From NCBI RefSeq assembly GCF_009914755.1, contig NC_060932.1: a stretch of 64,000 nt of DNA; one strand, written 5' to 3'. Shown here in pieces: positions 58,923 through 64,000 of this stretch (within the stretch, counting starts at the first letter, position 1; each line of letters starts with the position of its first letter). Position numbers and translations under genes: made by a program. The notes under the pieces were generated by a model. It saw nothing but the letters and a program-made list of their open reading frames with translations, was not told the origin of the DNA and ran no database searches. The stretch is from the human T2T-CHM13v2.0 reference genome, Homo sapiens.

Positions 58923-59339
58923 TGAAACCAACCCAATAATCCCATAGATAGTTTCTTGCATAAACACAGAACTTGACCCTTCTGGTCTTAAAGCTTACAC
59001 CTTACATTTGTTTAATCTGAGTTCCTTCCTCAGGAAATGACCTTCAGGTCTCTCAAAGAAAGTGTCAAAGAATTGAAACTCACCAGATCACCACATCCAG
59101 ACAATGAGATTGGAGGACCCCTCATTTATCCTGCTTGTACACATTGTTACGTTTCTTCCCTACTTAGAAACCCCTAGTTTTAGTAGGTCAGGGAGATGGG
59201 TTTGAGACTGGGCTCCCATCACCTTGGCTGCAGCACCTGATTAAAGCCTTCTTCCTTGGCAATAAAAGTCTCAGTGCTCGGCTTTTTGCTGTATGGCAAG
59301 CAGGAGGACCTAGGCCAAACCCCTGGTGTTCTGGTAACA
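58923..59339 (+). mobile_element. ERV1 solo LTR (LTR26-like)
   Basis: tgaaaccaacccaataatcccatag...ggtaaca; perfect TSD TAAC (58919-58922, 59340-59343). Confidence 0.85.
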
Positions 59340-59847
59340 TAACCAGAAGCCTTTGCTTTGGTAGGTACACCTGGTTATTTTCCAGCAGAAAAGTAGCCAA
59401 GCTAGAAACAGGTGTTGTCCCAGAGAGGTCTATGAGGTGGGGAGCAGGAAGGGTCTGGTGGGATGGGGCTGGTATGCAGGGCACATTCCTGAGGATTCTT
59501 TATTGGGAGAGACTTCTGCCTTAGCAAGAAGCAGCCTAGAAGTTTCTTGCCTGGGGCAGATGGTTGATTCTGTGTGCAATCTTCTAAATGGTGTGGGGTT
59601 TGCCAAACATGGTGCTTAGAATCTGGACTATCCCTTGTATTTCTGTCTTTCTTTATCCCAACCTCTTGCTCAGTGGCCTCTTTCATTTGCTTCTTGAAAT
59701 GTGTGGTCTCCAGTTCCCAGATTGCTGTTTTACTCTTCCTTACGGCTCTGCCCTGATGTACCATGGTGCCTGGCACATAGCACACTGTTATTAAGAACTT
59801 GTTGAGTAAATGGCCCAATATGGCATTGACGTTTTCTTTGAAGTGCC

Positions 59848-60204
59848 TGTCTTAGTTTGTTCAGACTGCTATAAAAGATTACCATAGAGTGGGTGGCTCA
59901 CACAACAGAAATTTATTTAACACAGTCTGGAGTCTGGGAAGTCTGAGATCAGGGTGCCAGCATGGTCAGATTCTGCTGGGGGCCCTCTTCCTGGTTTGTA
60001 GACAATTTCAGACCTCACATGGGGAGAGAGAGAGGAAGCAAGCTGTCTCCTGCTTCTTCTTGTAAGGCACTAATGTCATTCATGAGGGCTCCACTTTAAT
60101 GACCTTATCACCTCCCGAAGGCCCCATCTCCAAATACCATCACACTGGGGGCTCGGGCTTCAACATATGTATTTAGAGGGGATACAAACATGAAATCCAC
60201 AGCA
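59848..60204 (-). mobile_element. MaLR solo LTR (MLT1A-like)
   Basis: Perfect TSD GTGCC (59843-59847, 60205-60209); ctgggaagtctgagatcagggtgccagcatggtcag core. Confidence 0.9.
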
Positions 60205-62761
60205 GTGCCGAATTGTCTAGAGACCCCAGGCTCTTCAAAATCTCTCTGGTTTGCATCTGTTCTTGCCCAGTGAACCCTCCTGTGTATTTACCTTGTTTTG
60301 GTTGGATATTCCTTGTTTTTTTTTTTTTCTTTTATATATAGTGAACCACAGGAGATTTGGGGGCTGATTATATCTGACTGCTGGTAGTCTAGTACATGTG
60401 ATTTCTGGTGCTCACTCTTCACTAGACCTGGGATCTAGGACGAGTCATTTCAACTTGCAGTATTTCAGCTTTCTCATCTACAAAATAGAAAGGTCCTAAA
60501 TGTTTTATATGATTCTGGAACTTCTAGTTCTAACATTTTGTCACTATAAGAATTTCCCCTAAATCATCCCTTTCTTATTATAGTCATTGATTACTTAAAT
60601 TCAGTGATGTTGAGATGGATTGCTGTGTTTCCTTTTTCTTTAACAATGACCACAACTGTATGTCATTATTATTATTTAGTAGAAGGCTTGAGGGGAGAAA
60701 GTATCATTAGAATAATATTTTGGATTTTCTCTTACCTGCAAGCTGGCTTTCTCATTTTGCTCCAATAGTCCTTATGATTCGGGAAAAGAGGACAAGGCAG
60801 AAGCCCCTTTGGGAAGGAGGAGCATGACCCTGTGGAAGTGGCTCTGTCTGGCTTGTGGATTGTGGGCAAGCCTTTCTAAAAGGCAGCAACCGAACCCTGT
60901 TTGCTGCATTAATCTCACTCTGAGCGCAGACTTTTGAAAGAGAGGGTGGCATTGAATGGGATGGCAGCAAAGCTAAAAGTCAACAGGCCCTTTTTTCTTC
61001 ACCCGGTGGGCCTAGACTGACACCATCTTGCATGGGGTCCTGCCAGAAGCATCCTACAGCCACATCAGAATAAATAGTATGGCAGGTGGGTGTATGTAGA
61101 CAGACGAGGCTCAGAATTTATTGACCATGAGTCTATTTTGACCTTGAGTATCTTGGAAGGTATTTTGGAGTTCCCGTGTACCAGAGGAGAGACGGACGGG
61201 CTGAGATCAGAATCACTAGGTGAGGGTAAACACCCAGGGGCCTTGTCAAAGGGGGCATGGTAATCCTATCTAAGGGCTGCAGAATAGATGAGAGATCCAA
61301 AGCAAGGCCACGTCAGCAGCTGAGAAAGATGCTACGCATGACAGAGACAACATGGACCTTGAGATGCCGGGTGCAGGGTTCAGGAGCAGAGGTGAGCAGG
61401 GCCTGGCAGAGAGGACTGCATTGCTGCAGAGGCCAGCAGGAGCCCAAACAGCAGGGCCTACACTGGCTGCACACAGACCTGAGACCTGTGTCTCCCTTGC
61501 CCACCTGGGGACATGGTAACTCCATGTGTATCCCACCCACTGGGTGCTCTTGTGGCAGGAGAGGCTGGAGAAGGAGCATACGCTTGAAATGACAGTTGCA
61601 GTGAGGAAGGAGGCAGTCAGAAGCCTTAGGACACTGCTTTCCTGTGAATAGACACGTTTAAAAGTCCTTTTCCCCTCCCTTGCTGTACAGTGGCGCTGAT
61701 GGGGTGGGAGACTAAGGAAGGAAAGATCAATAGTAGAAAATAAGCAACACAGATGTGCTTTGCTCACTTGAGTGGAAGTGAGCACAATTTCAGTCCAGCC
61801 ACGGCAGCATCGTCAGAGGAGGCTGCCTGCCTTGCGTTTCCCACCTGGAAGGGAGCTCCTACCTGCTCTCTCTGCATCATTTCTCCAGCTGGTGGTCTGG
61901 GCCCCAAGATGACCAGGAAGGGAGAAAATTACCTTGTCTCCCCTGGGGCCAACAGTGCACAGAATGGATGGGCTTGGTGGGGGAAAGGCTATGAGCACTT
62001 GAGTGCTAATACTGTGGTCCCTGTCCCGTGTCTGATAAGGCCCTCCGTGTGCAGCAGTTGTTTTCTGTTAAGGAGTTACACATGAAATAAGAGAAAGAAG
62101 TAGTCTGATGAATGCCATTTTCCATTTTGGACGTACAGACGGTCACTCAAATTCGCACTTCAATTTTCCTGGGTGGAAATGGCAAAGAGTGACAGGTCCA
62201 TTATCAATCTACTAAAAAACTGACCTGGTGATCATGGGAGTCTTTCATGATGAATTTGATTCTATAGTCTCTTAGAATTAAGATGAATTTGTTTTTGTAA
62301 AATCCCAGAATATAATTAATAAAAATGGTAAGTGTCTTCTCATTCCCCTTCATAAGTATGATGCCAGGAAACGACATTTGCAATCTCATGCTGGGGAAAG
62401 ACACTGTCATGGGAGAGGGAGAACACTGGGCAGGAACAGAATGGGGAGGAGGAGGGAGGGCAATGGTGCTAGTAAAATTCCCCTGCATGGGAATAATGTA
62501 CTTGGCACAGCCTGGCGTTCTCATAATAAAAAGAATAACTATCATTCTCCTTTCCCCATGAGGCAAAACAGATGCTGTCTCTATGACGAAGTGCTCACTC
62601 TTCAGTGGAACAGCCATTTCCACAGCCAAATGTCTCAACAGCAAACTGGAATTCCTAAGCCAGGTTCCCCATTCTGTGCGGCACACCCCTGAAGCAGGTG
62701 GAGACTGTGTTCACCTCACAGTGGCAGCTGGAATATGAGCGTGCTCGGGGGTGGCAGTTGC

Positions 62762-63437
62762 AGAGGGAGGGAGGAAGGGAGAGAAAGGAGGAGACTGAGG
62801 GAGAGAAAGAGAGAAAGACACAGAGAGAAGGAGAGAGAGAGAGGGAGAGACAGCAGGAGAGAGAGGGCGGCCAGAGAAGCAAGCACTGTCACATGCACAC
62901 ACACACACACACACACACACATGCAGAGAGAGAAAGGGAGGGAGAGACAGAGGGGCAGGGAGAGAGGGAGAGACAGTGGAGGGGTGGGACAGAGAAGCAC
63001 ACACACACACAGAGGCAGAGAGAGGGAGAGAGATAGAAAGAGAGAGGCAGACACAGAGGCAGAGAGAGAGGGAGAGACAGTGCAGCGGGGAGCAGAGAAG
63101 CACAAACAGACACACAGAGGCAGAGATAGAAAGGCAGACAGAAGGAGAGGAAAAGACAAGGGAGGAGAGAGAGAGGGAGAGGCAGAGGGAGAGAGAGGCA
63201 GAGATGGGAGAAAGAGACAGAGAGGCAGAGGAGGAGAGAGAGAGAGAGAGGGAGAAAGCGGGGAGAGGCAGGGAGAGAGGGAGAGAGAGAGGGAAGAGAG
63301 GAGACAAAGGCAGACAGAGAGAGGCAGAGAGAGAGGGAGAGACAGTGGCGGGGCAGAGAAGCACCAACATACACAGAGGCAGAGAGAGATGGGGGTAGGG
63401 TGGGGGAGAGTGGTGGAGAGTCAGGGAGAGAGAGAGA
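62762..63437. repeat. Compound GA-rich / (CA)n simple repeat with an embedded ~55-60-bp repeated unit
   Basis: Strongly purine-rich + strand, (CA)n at 62896-62921, and a recurring gagagagggagagacagtg...cagagaagcac...acacagaggcagaga unit. Confidence 0.93.
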
Positions 63438-64000
63438 TTGGTCTCCCCATCTTGCCCTCACTGACCTCCTGCCAGGGTGCATGGGACAGGCAAGGGAGCC
63501 ACCACAGTGAGAGTAGAGAGCTCTCCTAATGTTCTCAATTGAGAACAAAAAAGAGGTCCTGTGATTGTGGAAGGATGACTTGGATACAAGGAAGGACGTG
63601 TCATTCCTCGCAGCCACCTCTGCAGAGGTCCCAGGGCTGTGTGCGATCTGGGCACTTACCTGCCTGCCAGACACATTGAAGCCTGCGATGGACATGCAGG
63701 GGAGAGGGAAAGGGGCTCCAACCTGGGGAGCCCACATGCTAGTCAGGGAGGGGGTGACATCGAATTGTGCTCTCGAGCTCACAAAGCCCTTTGTTGAGCT
63801 CCATTGCATTTGTTCTTCACCTGCACCCTGCATTATGTTGCCAGGGTTTTAGCGTCAACTAGCTTACCCAGTTACCCGACTTGGAAGTGGCAGAGATGGA
63901 CTCAACTGAAGCCTGCTAACTCTCATTTTAGCCCCTTTCTACCACATGCTGCCTTTTATAACATAGACCCCAGCATGCCTGGGTGGAGATCTGCTGGAGT

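Noticed and set aside
62698-63833. Long ORFs of 112-314 aa rich in ER/RE or LS/SL
   Set aside because: Artefacts of the stop-poor GA/CT simple repeat.

Overview
Primate, almost certainly human, non-coding genomic DNA (Alu, L1PA, MaLR and MER elements). No intact protein-coding gene is supported. The left end (1-~1516, minus strand) is an intronless processed pseudogene of septin 10 with two frameshifts and two premature stops. From memory this fits SEPTIN10P1 near PENK/LINC00968 on 8q12, which I could not verify. The rest is a mosaic of transposable elements: over 20 Alus, old and young L1s, L2/MIR, solo MaLR/ERVL/ERV1 LTRs, a full-length HSMAR2 mariner, a MER85 piggyBac MITE, Tigger2a and MER63, plus microsatellites and a compound GA-rich repeat near the right end. 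I found no new biological system. The best second-look items are retrotransposition structures read directly from the sequence: (1) an L1PA with both a twin-priming inversion and an apparent ~270-bp 3' transduction (16.8-17.7 kb); (2) an orphan ~155-bp polyadenylated mRNA 3'-end retrocopy inside an old L1 (13.3 kb); (3) a MER85 with an intact PGBD3-binding palindrome; (4) a triplicated target site and an internal templated duplication in an old L1; (5) a candidate minus-strand lncRNA terminal exon. Repeat subfamily names come from recalled consensus sequences, and boundaries are approximate unless a target-site duplication (TSD) is quoted.
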